Source: a virus
DNA: 64,000 bases
Reading direction: 5' to 3' (one strand)
IMG/VR virus record: IMGVR_UViG_3300031566_000001
Location: 64,001 to 128,000 of that record
In this document: positions 45,513 through 55,380 of the stretch, piece by piece
Position numbering within the stretch: position 1 is the stretch's first letter
Layout of the letters: every line of letters starts with the position of its first letter
The notes under the pieces: generated by a model
What the model was told of the DNA's origin: nothing
Databases searched by the model: none
Seen by the model: the letters and a program-made list of their open reading frames with translations, nothing else
Program-made: the position numbers and the translations under genes

Positions 45513-46160
45513 ATGAACGAGATTGCTGTTTTTCAGATGGGCAAGTGCGGGTCGTCCACGGTCATTGAGCTGGCGCGGAAGCTGGGCATCCACGCTTCGC
45601 GGGCGTACACCCCGATGAATGCTGTGCAGGCACAGTATCCCAACGTCATCAGCATGGCTCGGGAGCCGGTGATCCGGAACGTCTCAGCGTTCTTCCACGA
45701 GATGGCGGGCACGCTGACAGAGACGGGCTACAGCCAGGCGCTGCTAGATGAGTTCCTGCTGGGGAAGCATGATGTGCCGCTGACGTGGTTCTCTAAGGAG
45801 TTCCAGGCTGAGACCGGCATCAGCATCTATGCAGAGAAGTTCGACCGCAAGCGGGGCTGGTCCATCTATGAGAGTGGTAACAGGCGCATCTTGGTCATCA
45901 GGACTGAGGATATGACCAGGTGCCTCCTGGAGGCCATGGGTGCCCTACTGGGTGAGGAGCTGCCACGGGTAGAGGTAGAGCATTGGTTTAGTGATGCTGA
46001 GCGGCCTCACGGCGTGGGCGCTTTGTATCGGCAGTTCATGAGGGAGGCTGTTATGTCGGAGGCGTACCTGAGGCGCATGTATGGCAGCCGGTATGCCAAG
46101 CACTTCTACTACAAGAAGGAGCTTGACAGCTTTCGCGAGTTCTGGAGCGCACCGAGATGA
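45513..46160 (+). CDS. Sulfotransferase-like / putative capsular polysaccharide synthesis protein
   Basis: QMGKCGSST P-loop-like motif, REPVIRNVSAFF, YGSRYAKHFY. Confidence 0.7.
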   Translation: MNEIAVFQMGKCGSSTVIELARKLGIHASRAYTPMNAVQAQYPNVISMAREPVIRNVSAFFHEMAGTLTETGYSQALLDEFLLGKHDVPLTWFSKEFQAETGISIYAEKFDRKRGWSIYESGNRRILVIRTEDMTRCLLEAMGALLGEELPRVEVEHWFSDAERPHGVGALYRQFMREAVMSEAYLRRMYGSRYAKHFYYKKELDSFREFWSAPR

Positions 46161-46876
46161 GGGTATTCGTGACCACTAATGACCGGCACTTGTGGATACT
46201 TCCGGCCTTTGCGTACCTGTTCAACAAGTACTGGTCCTCTTTGCAACCTGTGGTCGTGGCGGGCTACAGCCGCCCCGACTTTGAGCTGCCCCCCAATTTC
46301 GAGTTCTACCAGATCGCGGAGGCGAACTACCCTGTTGAGAAATGGTCTGACGGGGTGGTGCAGTTCTTGGAATCCGTGAACGATGAGCTGTTCGTGTGGA
46401 TGCTGGAGGATATGCTTCTCACGCGCACGGTAGATGTGCGGGCCGTGGGTAGCCTGGCGGAGTACATGACGCTGCACCACGAGGTCATTAGGATAGACCT
46501 AACTGCTGACAGGCTCTACGCGGGGGCATCGCCGGGGCAGAGGCCTGAGTATGAGTACTACGGTAGCATGGACCTTGTGTGGTCGGAGCCGTCCAGCCCG
46601 TATCATCTCAGCCTGCAAGCGGCTATCTGGCGGCGGGACTACCTGCTGAATTATATGATCCCCGGTGAGACGCCCTGGCAGCTGGAGATGGCAGGTACGG
46701 AGCGGCTATCGAGCACGCCGGAGGTGGTGGTACTGGGCACCCGGCAGCTCCCATGTAGATATACATTGGCCCTCAAGAGCGAGCATCCCACGGAGCCGAG
46801 CATAACCGGGATGCGCCAGGAGGACTATGACTATCTGGTGGAGCGGGGCTGGCTTCCGGAGGGGTGTCTGACGTGA
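46157..46876 (+). CDS. Putative glycosyltransferase (GT-A-like)
   Basis: MLEDMLL and SLQAAIWRRDYL...ETPWQLE, typical of polysaccharide-locus GTs. Confidence 0.55.
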   Translation: MRVFVTTNDRHLWILPAFAYLFNKYWSSLQPVVVAGYSRPDFELPPNFEFYQIAEANYPVEKWSDGVVQFLESVNDELFVWMLEDMLLTRTVDVRAVGSLAEYMTLHHEVIRIDLTADRLYAGASPGQRPEYEYYGSMDLVWSEPSSPYHLSLQAAIWRRDYLLNYMIPGETPWQLEMAGTERLSSTPEVVVLGTRQLPCRYTLALKSEHPTEPSITGMRQEDYDYLVERGWLPEGCLT

Positions 46877-48090
46877 AGCGAGACATAGACTCAATCATCA
46901 TCGGTGAGCGGCATCGCAAGAACCTGGGGGATATCAAGGTTTTGGCTGCTAGTATAGCGGATATTGGCCTTTTGCATCCTGTGGTGATACGTCCTGATGG
47001 GGTACTCATTGCTGGCCTGCGCAGGCTAGAAGCCTGCAAATTGCTAAGTTGGTCCAAGGTTCCCGTCACAGAGGTGAACCTGGAAGAGATAGTCCGTGGC
47101 GAATCTGCTGAGAATATCTATCGCAAGGACTTTCCATTATCTGAGGCCGTCGCCATAGGCGAGGCCCTAGAACCGTTGGAGGAAGAAGCAGCCAAGAAGA
47201 GAAAGCGAGAAGCTGGCATTGCGAATTTACCGACTGTGAGTGCCAAAAAGTTTTCGGCACTCACGAAGAAAGAAACAGGTGAAACCCTTTCCAAGGTCGC
47301 CGCTGCTATAGGGATGTCTAAGCCGACTTATAAGAAGGCCAAAGAGATTGTTGAAGCAGCACGGAAGAAACCTAAAAAGTATGCTCCGCTTGTAGAGAAG
47401 ATGGACCAGATTGGTAAGGTGGCTGGTATCCACAAAGACCTGAAAAGAATGCAGAAAGCTGAGAAAAAAGCTAAGCAAGCGAAGGCGCAACCTTGCATGG
47501 ATGGGATACTCGTTGGCTCGATCACGGAGGTCGGCACTCAAATTACTGATGATACCGTGGACTTTGTGCTCACGGACCCACCATATGCTGGCGGTCAAGT
47601 TAGTTTGTTCAGTGACTTATCCGCTCTCGTGGCTAGGGTACTAAAACCTGGGGGCCTCTGTTTGGTCTATAGTGGCCAGATGTTCTTGCCGGAGGTTATC
47701 GTTGGCTTGGGTGAACATCTGGAGTACGTTTGGACTTTTGCCATTCGGCACAGTGGCGGCAATCAGCGTATCCACAAGTTCAATCTCAATAACGCGTGGA
47801 AGCCGGTCTTGGCATATTGCAAACCGCCGCTCGAAGTATGGTGGGATAGTTTCATTGATCTCACGACTGGGGGCCGAGAGAAGGACCTTCATAAATGGCA
47901 GCAAGCCGAAACGGAGGCCGCTTATTTCATTGAGCATTTGACCATGCCGGGGGCCCTGGTATTGGATCCGTTCATGGGTAGTGGTACGGTCCTGGCGGCG
48001 GCGAAGCGCTTGGGTCGGGCTTACTTGGGCATCGAAATTGATTCTGACGTGGCTGCGAAGGCGGCGAAGAGGATTGGAGAAGTCAAATGA
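46864..48090 (+). CDS. ParB-domain DNA methyltransferase (N4/N6)
   Basis: ParB motif LAASIADIGLLHPV...LIAGLRRLEA; MTase motifs TDPPY and LDPFMGSGT. Confidence 0.9.
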   Translation: MSDVKRDIDSIIIGERHRKNLGDIKVLAASIADIGLLHPVVIRPDGVLIAGLRRLEACKLLSWSKVPVTEVNLEEIVRGESAENIYRKDFPLSEAVAIGEALEPLEEEAAKKRKREAGIANLPTVSAKKFSALTKKETGETLSKVAAAIGMSKPTYKKAKEIVEAARKKPKKYAPLVEKMDQIGKVAGIHKDLKRMQKAEKKAKQAKAQPCMDGILVGSITEVGTQITDDTVDFVLTDPPYAGGQVSLFSDLSALVARVLKPGGLCLVYSGQMFLPEVIVGLGEHLEYVWTFAIRHSGGNQRIHKFNLNNAWKPVLAYCKPPLEVWWDSFIDLTTGGREKDLHKWQQAETEAAYFIEHLTMPGALVLDPFMGSGTVLAAAKRLGRAYLGIEIDSDVAAKAAKRIGEVK

Positions 48091-48524
48091 CCCGACAACG
48101 CATGGATGGAAAAGGAACACCCTTTGGCGAATGGCTTAGGACCCGCCACCAAGGCAAGATAGGGTCGCACACTTTCTCCGCCCAGAACCTTGACTACATT
48201 TGGCACAATTACCGCGAGAATTGGTTCATCACCATCGAAGAGAAGCGCTACGGCGGTATGAGGGACCGGAGTGCGCAGAGAGCTCAAAGGGATACCCATG
48301 GCATAGTAGCGCAATTGCTCGAAGGGTCTTCGGGTATGGATGTTGATACGCTGCGGGGCCATCGAAGGGCTGAGTATCGTGGTCATTATGAGATTGTGTT
48401 TGACCGGACCAGCCCGGACGATGGTGATATGACCATCAATGGGAGGCAGGCGAACGAGCAAGATTTGCTTAGACTCTTGACGGTTGGCAGATGGTCATGG
48501 AGTTCTGCGGAGTTGGAGCTATGA
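48087..48524 (+). CDS. Hypothetical protein, possible PD-(D/E)XK fold
   Basis: NLDYIW...ITIEEK pattern; coupled to the MTase. Confidence 0.5.
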   Translation: MTRQRMDGKGTPFGEWLRTRHQGKIGSHTFSAQNLDYIWHNYRENWFITIEEKRYGGMRDRSAQRAQRDTHGIVAQLLEGSSGMDVDTLRGHRRAEYRGHYEIVFDRTSPDDGDMTINGRQANEQDLLRLLTVGRWSWSSAELEL

Positions 48525-49423
48525 TCACCGTCCCCATCCGCGACGGCACCTTCCCGCACAGCGCCTCCATGTCCCTGGCTGGCGAGAACGCGGGCGAGGC
48601 CCCGAAGTCTCTGCACTGGCGCCGTGTGCCGGACCTCCTGGATGATGCGCCTGTGATGGTGTTCACGGATATGTGCCTGGATGAAGTCTTGCTCTCCCGG
48701 TCCCCGACGAACATCGCCATTCTTATAGAGCCGCCTGCGTTCTCCACGACTCATTATGAGAAAGCTGTGATGCTGGAGAAGTACTTTGATGCCATATTCA
48801 CCTATGACCTGGAGCACCTGCGCCGTGGCGGCCCGTGGCGGTTCTACCCCTATGGCGGGTCGAGGATTCAGGAGTGGCACGTCTACGAGAAGCTGGGGCT
48901 AGTGAGCCTCATTGTGTCGGATAAGCACGTCACGGAGGGGCACCGCCTCCGCCATGAGGCTGTTGAGCGGTTCGGCTCGCACCTACACGTCTTTGGGGAG
49001 CCTTATACCGAGTACCTTAACCCGAAGGGACCAGGGCTGCGGCCCTTCTGTTATTCCGTTGTCATCGAGTCTGGGCGGAGTGACTACTATTTTAGTGAGA
49101 AGCTCGTTGACTGCTTCTCACAGGGAGCGGTGCCCATCTACTGGGGCTGCCCTGGCATTGACGGGTTTTTTGAGGGGAACGGGATCATCTCCTTTGAGAC
49201 CCTGGATGACCTGGCGTACATCCTGGCGTCCATCTCAATGCAAGACTATCACGACCGCTTGCCTGCTATCATGCGTAATCTGGAGCTGGCGCGGAGCTTT
49301 CGGTGTGCCGAGGACCACCTGGTACGGGAGTATGGCTGGCTTTTCGAGGACAGTGAGCAGGCGGCCCTGATGCGCATGCAGAGCAAGGAGCAGCTGGTGC
49401 AGAGTGAGCCGGTAATCAGGTAA
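48521..49423 (+). CDS. GT10 family fucosyltransferase-like protein
   Basis: YSVVIES...YYFSEKLVDCF..GAVPIYWG, the GT10 signature. Confidence 0.85.
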   Translation: MITVPIRDGTFPHSASMSLAGENAGEAPKSLHWRRVPDLLDDAPVMVFTDMCLDEVLLSRSPTNIAILIEPPAFSTTHYEKAVMLEKYFDAIFTYDLEHLRRGGPWRFYPYGGSRIQEWHVYEKLGLVSLIVSDKHVTEGHRLRHEAVERFGSHLHVFGEPYTEYLNPKGPGLRPFCYSVVIESGRSDYYFSEKLVDCFSQGAVPIYWGCPGIDGFFEGNGIISFETLDDLAYILASISMQDYHDRLPAIMRNLELARSFRCAEDHLVREYGWLFEDSEQAALMRMQSKEQLVQSEPVIR

Positions 49424-49430
49424 GGAGGGG

Positions 49431-49775
49431 ATGATGCATGATGTGGGGGACATTCATGTAGCAGTAGATGTCAGGCCCTTTGGCGGCGTTGAGATTTATA
49501 TTGGGCGTGGGAGGGGTTCTGGTTTTGAGGTGGCTCAGCCTGTAGAGCTGATATTCAAGTCCGCGAAGCCGGAGGAGGTATCCGAGCCAACTTTGCGGTT
49601 AGGTGAGTACTATGCCCATGAGCTGTTACAGGCGCTGGCTGAGGGGTTCGATAGTATTGGTATCAGGACCGACAAAGATGCCAAGATTGAAGGCACGCTG
49701 GGAGCGACGCGGTATCACCTGGAAGATTTGCGGAGCTTGCTGAAGTTGGGGGGGGATGAGAACCAATCTCAGTGA
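49431..49775 (+). CDS. Hypothetical protein
   Basis: SD AAGGAGG. Confidence 0.65.
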   Translation: MMHDVGDIHVAVDVRPFGGVEIYIGRGRGSGFEVAQPVELIFKSAKPEEVSEPTLRLGEYYAHELLQALAEGFDSIGIRTDKDAKIEGTLGATRYHLEDLRSLLKLGGDENQSQ

Positions 49776-50475
49776 CAAACGGCTGTTCTTCGTGATCGGT
49801 CCACCCCGGTCCGGCACGACCATCGTGGCCAGAGTATTCAACTCCTTAGAAGATGGGTTCTGCTTAGGGGAGCCGCACTGGATTCACGAGGCTGAGGGCG
49901 GCAAGGCTGACGGGCAGGCCTACGGCAAGGTCGAACGGTGGCACAAGCCCGTGGATGATTACCGGCTCATCATGCAGGCCAATGTGATACCGATCCTGGA
50001 GCGGGGTCCTTTCAAGGTTGGAGGCTACAAGGAGACTTACCAGCACTTCCGGCATACCTGCGAGCCTTTGCTGGAGGCTCACATGCCCTTGGTAGACTTC
50101 TTCATCGTGGTGCTTCGGGACCCCCGACTGGTGCTATCCTCGCTGCGGGCGCTGGGCTGGGACAATGTGCGAGTGAGAGACATCAATCAAGACTACGAGC
50201 GCATGAGTGAGCTGGCGCAGGATGAGCGGGCGGTCGTGGTGGTCTTGGAGGACTTCGTGAAGGACCCCCTGGGATACCTGAATGCGTGGCTGCCCTTTCA
50301 GATCGAGGGGCCTTTGGAACTGAAGCCCACGGGTCACAGGTACGGTGACACGGTTGCCAATAAGGGTGATACTGTGGACCCCGAGGCGCCGGGCCGGAGA
50401 GTTATGGACCTCAGCGACAAGTGGGTGCGGGGTTTGGCCCCGGCCATGGGGGTGTGGGAACGATGGAAGAGCTAA
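49756..50475 (+). CDS. Sulfotransferase
   Basis: FVIGPPRSGTT (5'-PSB) and VLRDPR...SS (3'-PB). Confidence 0.85.
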   Translation: MRTNLSDKRLFFVIGPPRSGTTIVARVFNSLEDGFCLGEPHWIHEAEGGKADGQAYGKVERWHKPVDDYRLIMQANVIPILERGPFKVGGYKETYQHFRHTCEPLLEAHMPLVDFFIVVLRDPRLVLSSLRALGWDNVRVRDINQDYERMSELAQDERAVVVVLEDFVKDPLGYLNAWLPFQIEGPLELKPTGHRYGDTVANKGDTVDPEAPGRRVMDLSDKWVRGLAPAMGVWERWKS

Positions 50476-51281
50476 GGGCCTTGATGGGACGGTACACTGT
50501 GGAGAACCTGGACCCTTTTGAGGCATCTGACGGGATGGAGGCCAAGCGGTTCCAGGAGCGCATCGAGTCCCTGCCGGGCACGGTGTACGGTGATGACCCC
50601 AATCAGCGCCCGTTTGATAACGTGTTCACCTGGGGGCACGACCATGATTTCGGGACCTTCCAGATGAAGGGCCAGATGGGAGATCGGCACATCCGGGTGG
50701 TCAAGGCGTTCCTGGATATGGGGGTGGAGTTCAAGGGCCGTGTGCTGGACGTGGGCTGCTGGACTGGTGGCACATCGCTCCTACTGGCGGCGATGGGGTG
50801 CGAAGTCACCGCTGTTGAAGAGGCTCTTCATTATGCTGGGGTCATGAACTTTTTGGCGCAGGCCTTTGGCCTTGGGAGTCAACTGGAGGTCATTCATTGG
50901 TCCCTTTACGACCTTCCGGGCTTTTGTGAGCCGGTGGACATGGTGGGGAGGTTTGACCTGGTTTTGTGCGCGGGCGTCCTGTACCATGTGACTGATCCTG
51001 TACGTGCTCTACGCATCATGTTTGAGCGTTTGGCAGACGGCGGGACGTTGTTGCTGGAGACCGCGATCTCTGAGGTTACGGGCAAGCATTTGGTCTACTG
51101 CGGCCCGCAAGAGCCGGGTTACCGATGGCTCCTACCTACGGTGGAGGTGTTGTACTGCATGTTGGTGGACGTGGGTTTCAAGGACATTCAACACGAACTG
51201 CACGCTGACGGCAGCCGGGCTACGGTAGTCGCTAAAAGGAAGGAACACGTGAGTATGATGATGGCGGGGGTATCGAGGTGA
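50463..51281 (+). CDS. Class I SAM-dependent methyltransferase
   Basis: VLDVGCWTG, FDLVLCAGVLYH, GGTLLLET. Confidence 0.85.
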   Translation: MEELRALMGRYTVENLDPFEASDGMEAKRFQERIESLPGTVYGDDPNQRPFDNVFTWGHDHDFGTFQMKGQMGDRHIRVVKAFLDMGVEFKGRVLDVGCWTGGTSLLLAAMGCEVTAVEEALHYAGVMNFLAQAFGLGSQLEVIHWSLYDLPGFCEPVDMVGRFDLVLCAGVLYHVTDPVRALRIMFERLADGGTLLLETAISEVTGKHLVYCGPQEPGYRWLLPTVEVLYCMLVDVGFKDIQHELHADGSRATVVAKRKEHVSMMMAGVSR

Positions 51282-51817
51282 CCATAACAGCTTTTGACCT
51301 TTCAGATGGGAATGAACCAATGAGTTACGGCGAGATCAACTTCCTGGTCTCATTGGTCAAGGACCTTACGGCAGAACCGGTCATCGTCAACATCGGGGCC
51401 GCGGATGGTGTGTCCACCGTGGCTATGCTGGAGGCCCGCAGGGATGCCTTCATCTTCTCTGTGGACATCGGCGAGTGCCCCCAGGAGCGGGCCAACGTAG
51501 AGGCTGCTGGGCTTGATGTAACCCGCGTGGTGCGACTCTTAGGGCGCAGTCAGGACGTCGGCAAGCGGTTCCCCTATGAGGCTGATATGGTGCTTGTGGA
51601 TGGAGGGCATGATTATGAGTCCGTGGGGGGGGATATTGAGGTCTGGGCTTGGCGCGTGCGACCTAGCGGGGTGCTGGCGTTTCACGACTACATCGAGCCA
51701 CCCCGGCCTGCGAACAACCCGAGTGAGGCTTTTGAGGCTGTGAATGATAACCTACCGGACGGGTTTGAGCTGGTCAGCCGTGTGGACAGGCTGATTGCAT
51801 TCAGGAGGGTGGGGTGA
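51278..51817 (+). CDS. Methyltransf_24-like methyltransferase
   Basis: NIGAADGVST, LVDGGHDY, GVLAFHDY. Confidence 0.8.
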   Translation: MTITAFDLSDGNEPMSYGEINFLVSLVKDLTAEPVIVNIGAADGVSTVAMLEARRDAFIFSVDIGECPQERANVEAAGLDVTRVVRLLGRSQDVGKRFPYEADMVLVDGGHDYESVGGDIEVWAWRVRPSGVLAFHDYIEPPRPANNPSEAFEAVNDNLPDGFELVSRVDRLIAFRRVG

Positions 51818-52065
51818 AGGCCAATCTAGTGTCGCTGGGCCTCCCAGCTGATGAGGTTCTCAGGCGCGTGAAGAGGCCGAAGCGCACGCGGCGCCTGGGC
51901 CTGGACCCTGACTTGCGCGGCTGGATGGGTGGCATTCAGGGCAAGGTTTTTGAGTGGGTGTATCCCTGGGGGGTGCTGGTGTTCAAACGCCGCCGGGATG
52001 AAGGGCATGGTCCGCACTGCTACCGCGTGGTGGAGAAGAGGGTGAATGATGGCAAGAAGAGATAA
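51814..52065 (+). CDS. Hypothetical basic protein
   Basis: GTGA overlap. Confidence 0.5.
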   Translation: MKANLVSLGLPADEVLRRVKRPKRTRRLGLDPDLRGWMGGIQGKVFEWVYPWGVLVFKRRRDEGHGPHCYRVVEKRVNDGKKR

Positions 52066-52456
52066 TGGGGAACTGCGGGAGCTGGACGCACAGGTGGCCG
52101 AGGAGGTGATGGAAGTTGAACTCTGTCACCATGAGTTGCACGAGACGAAGCCCGTTTGCAAGTACTGCCACCTTAATGAGGGTTTCTGGCAGCCGAAGTG
52201 GGGAAGAATAGAGCCACCGAATCACTATTCCACTGACATGGCCCATGCCTGGCCGGTTCACAAGATGGCTTGCTCATGGCTCTTCAGTAAGCGTAGGCTC
52301 TACTTGGTGGCGCTGCAGGGTGTGGTGTGTGAAAGGCTACGTAAAGAGGGCGAGCTAAGGGTAAAGGGCAAGGTGGCATGGCCCGATGTGCTGGTTTTCT
52401 TGGGGCCGATAGACATCTGCAATGCGGCCCTGGAGGTGGTGCGAGATGTCCCTTGA
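52046..52456 (+). CDS. Phage ABA-sandwich-like protein
   Basis: RELDAQVAEEVM...YSTDMAHAWPV...ICNAAL. Confidence 0.6.
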   Translation: MMARRDNGELRELDAQVAEEVMEVELCHHELHETKPVCKYCHLNEGFWQPKWGRIEPPNHYSTDMAHAWPVHKMACSWLFSKRRLYLVALQGVVCERLRKEGELRVKGKVAWPDVLVFLGPIDICNAALEVVRDVP

Positions 52457-52973
52457 CCCTATGACTACCGGCCCTGCATACCAGGGTTGGGCGGTGGACT
52501 TCCTGAACCCGCGGATTGAAAAGCACTTCCGTGCCTTCGAGTGGGGTAGCGGTTGGAGCACTATCTGGCTGGCTGCGCGGTGTGCCAGCGTGGTCAGCGT
52601 AGAGCATGACCGAGAATGGTTTCAGGACGCGGAGTCCAACATGCGGCGGTATGGGGTGGGGGAGAACGTGAGCCTGCTGCACATACCCAAGGACCGAGGC
52701 GCGTCGGAGTACGCGTACTATGCCGACGTCATCCTGGGCTATCCCGATGAGCACTTTCACATCATCTGCGTGGACGGACGCAACCGGGCAGGGTGTATCC
52801 GGAACGCCATGGTGAAGCTGGTGAGGCCCGGCGGGATGATGGTGGTGGATGACTACCCCAGGGCGCAGTACCAGGAGGCTTTGCAGCTGATGGACAGTTG
52901 GAGCCGTAACCTGGTCTATCGGGGCACCGAGACCATGGCCACGGGCGTGTGGTTCAGACCGACGGAGGGGTGA
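52446..52973 (+). CDS. SAM-dependent methyltransferase
   Basis: FEWGSGWST, SVEHD, VDGRNR, PGGMMVVDD. Confidence 0.8.
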   Translation: MSLDPMTTGPAYQGWAVDFLNPRIEKHFRAFEWGSGWSTIWLAARCASVVSVEHDREWFQDAESNMRRYGVGENVSLLHIPKDRGASEYAYYADVILGYPDEHFHIICVDGRNRAGCIRNAMVKLVRPGGMMVVDDYPRAQYQEALQLMDSWSRNLVYRGTETMATGVWFRPTEG

Positions 52974-52974
52974 G

Positions 52975-53733
52975 ATGACCCTTTTCGCTCATACTCACTG
53001 TGTAGCGTTTGAGCTGTCTAATACCTGTCCGTATGCCTGGTTACACAAGAAGTGCCCTCTACACTTGGAGTTGGCATCGGCCTTTCGACTGAAGGAGACA
53101 AAACACCTGCCCGGCAGTGTTGTAAGGGCTGTGCTGGACACTTTGGGAAAGCACGGGTACAAGAGTACCATCTCCTTTCATCAGTACAATGAGCCGTTAG
53201 TTGACCCGCGCCTGTTCGAGTTCATCCGCTACGCCAGGAAGCAATGCCCGGAGGCCAGGATCATCATTCTGACCAACGGGGTTTTTCTATCGCGGCAACT
53301 GGCCCTGGAACTGGAAGAGGCTGGCCTGACGGGCTTGTGGGTGACGCTTTACGGTGGTCAGGAGGATGAAGGGGCTACATGGGAATGGATGAAACGTGAG
53401 ATCATACCCATCTTCTCGGAGAGCAATGTCCAGACCTGGGCTATGAATGATGGACTGGATGACAGGCTGTGCATTTATGATCGGGAATATCAGACTGACA
53501 GGCGCAATTGTTATGCGCCGTTTAGTGCAGTCATTATCACCAGGGATGCGGAATGGGGATTGTGTTGTATGGATTGGAAGCGCACGGTATCCCTGGGGAG
53601 CCTGAGGGAGCATACCCTGGAAGAACTGATGCAGTCCGGTGAGCCGGAGCGCATCTATGCGGCATTGCAAGGGGGGGATCGGACGGTATTGGACCTGTGC
53701 CGCCGCTGCACGTTTACGATAACCCCAAGGTGA
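52975..53733 (+). CDS. Radical SAM/SPASM protein with non-canonical cluster motif
   Basis: ELSNTC, NEPLVDP, ILTNG; SPASM motif C..PF...CCMDW...G.L...CRRC. Confidence 0.8.
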   Translation: MTLFAHTHCVAFELSNTCPYAWLHKKCPLHLELASAFRLKETKHLPGSVVRAVLDTLGKHGYKSTISFHQYNEPLVDPRLFEFIRYARKQCPEARIIILTNGVFLSRQLALELEEAGLTGLWVTLYGGQEDEGATWEWMKREIIPIFSESNVQTWAMNDGLDDRLCIYDREYQTDRRNCYAPFSAVIITRDAEWGLCCMDWKRTVSLGSLREHTLEELMQSGEPERIYAALQGGDRTVLDLCRRCTFTITPR

Positions 53734-53735
53734 GA

Positions 53736-53780
53736 CCTTTGCTGGCAAAAGGTTTGGGTGTGGTATATTTTGTGCAAAAG
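53736..53780. promoter_or_regulatory. Bipartite element, copy 7 (inverted order)
   Basis: CCTTTGCTGGCAAAAG (53736-53751), 15 bp, ATTTTGTGCAAAAG (53767-53780); TTGCTG-N19-TATATT. Confidence 0.75.
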
Positions 53781-53790
53781 GGAGGACACC

Positions 53791-54000
53791 ATGTTTGAGA
53801 TTTTTCAGGGCGTTATTCTTAAATCGGATTGCCGACTAATCATTGTGTTTCGTGATGAGGGGTCTATGCAGGCTGAGTTGATAACCCTCAATACTCATGG
53901 TCTGTTGGTCCATGCTGAAGGGGGCACTATGTATGTGCCTTGGACCTCAGTCAAGACTGTCGAGCTTCTTGATATTCTCGATGATTCTAGTGGGGAATAG
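53791..54000 (+). CDS. Small Sm/LSm-like hypothetical protein
   Basis: SD GGAGG; beta-rich with a YVPWTSVKTV end. Confidence 0.5.
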   Translation: MFEIFQGVILKSDCRLIIVFRDEGSMQAELITLNTHGLLVHAEGGTMYVPWTSVKTVELLDILDDSSGE

Positions 54001-55202
54001 TGGAGCCAAGGGGCATTCTCTACTTTGCCATAGGTAGTAGGTATCTCATGCAGGCACAGAAGGCCGTGGCTCGCGTGCGGGACGTGTGGCCTGGGATGCC
54101 GTGCGCTATCTGGACGGAGCGGGTACCTGGTCCGGTGATGCTATCCCGTATGGAGGCCTGGCGGCAATCACCCTTCGAGCGCACCCTGGCCCTGGATGCA
54201 GACGTGTGGCTGGCGGAGCCGGTGCCGGAGGTCTTTGACTTACTGGACCGCTTCGACCTGGCGGCGGCGTATGCCCCCTGGAGAGAGGGTTATCCTGTGA
54301 ATGTGCCCGATGCCTTCCCGGAGCACAACTGCGGCGTGGTGGCCTTTCGTAAAGATGTGATCCTACTGGATTTCATGAACGATTGGGAGCGGAGGTTCCG
54401 GGAGCGCTACAGGGACATAGAGGAGATCAAGGGTTTCCACAATGATCAACCCGCTTTCCGGGAGGCCCTGTACTACTCAAGGGTGCGTGTCGCTACCCTG
54501 CCAGCGGAGTACAACTGGCGGGGTGTGGGTTATGTTTGGGGGAAAGTGAAGGTGCTGCACGTCAGGCGCCCGCCCCAGATGGTAGAACGGGAGATCAATG
54601 AGCGACTTGGACCAAGGGTGTGTATGAACTGGAAGATTCACTATGGAGAGGAGTTCCACCCGTCGATGATGCTGGAGGCGATAGACCTGACTGGCAAGGA
54701 CTACCATCACGAGCTAGAGGACATAGACACGCTGAAACGGCTGGCGGGGATGCTGCCCAGGGATGCGGTGGTAGTCAACATCGGGGCTGCGTTTGGTACG
54801 AGCGCCCTAGCACTCCTGGAGGCCCGTGAGGACCTGTTCGTGTTCTCTGTGGATGTGAAGCCCTGTGAGAAGGAGAGGGAACACCTGGCGCAGTCGGGCG
54901 TGGACCCGGCGCGGTGCGTGCGGGTGCTGGGTCGCTCTCAGGAGATAGGGTGGCCGCGTGTGGTGGATATGGTTTTTCTGGATGGTTCCCATGCCCGCAA
55001 GGACGTGATAGCGGACATCGAGGCATGGCTGCCCCGAATCAAGCCAGGGGGCATCGTGGCGGCTGATGACTACGAGAAGGGCTGCACACCTGCGGTGAAG
55101 CCTGTGGTGGATGAGGTGCTGATGGGCAAGTATGAGATGATCCTGCACGTGGGGGATATCGTGGCATTCAGGATACAGGGAGGGGACGATGGCAGAGCGT
55201 GA
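54000..55202 (+). CDS. Glycosyltransferase (GT-A, DxD) fused to a Methyltransf_24 domain
   Basis: TLALDAD, NCGVVAF, DQPAFR and LPAEYN, then NIGAAFGTS, FLDGSH and ADDY. Confidence 0.8.
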   Translation: MEPRGILYFAIGSRYLMQAQKAVARVRDVWPGMPCAIWTERVPGPVMLSRMEAWRQSPFERTLALDADVWLAEPVPEVFDLLDRFDLAAAYAPWREGYPVNVPDAFPEHNCGVVAFRKDVILLDFMNDWERRFRERYRDIEEIKGFHNDQPAFREALYYSRVRVATLPAEYNWRGVGYVWGKVKVLHVRRPPQMVEREINERLGPRVCMNWKIHYGEEFHPSMMLEAIDLTGKDYHHELEDIDTLKRLAGMLPRDAVVVNIGAAFGTSALALLEAREDLFVFSVDVKPCEKEREHLAQSGVDPARCVRVLGRSQEIGWPRVVDMVFLDGSHARKDVIADIEAWLPRIKPGGIVAADDYEKGCTPAVKPVVDEVLMGKYEMILHVGDIVAFRIQGGDDGRA

Positions 55203-55380
55203 GTGCCTGGAGTGCGGCTGCGTGCGCGGCGAGTACCTGTGCCGGGTGGCGGAGCATCTCTGGGGCAGGGTAGAGTCGTTCTACCAGCGCAGCCAGAGGA
55301 TGGGCTTCGATGAGAAGACCTGGAGCGATTATCAAGGGGCGCTGGCAGACTACAAGGCGCATTTCGGCAGGGAATCATGA
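55189..55380 (+). CDS. Hypothetical protein
   Basis: SD GGAGGGG. Confidence 0.5.
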   Translation: MAERECLECGCVRGEYLCRVAEHLWGRVESFYQRSQRMGFDEKTWSDYQGALADYKAHFGRES

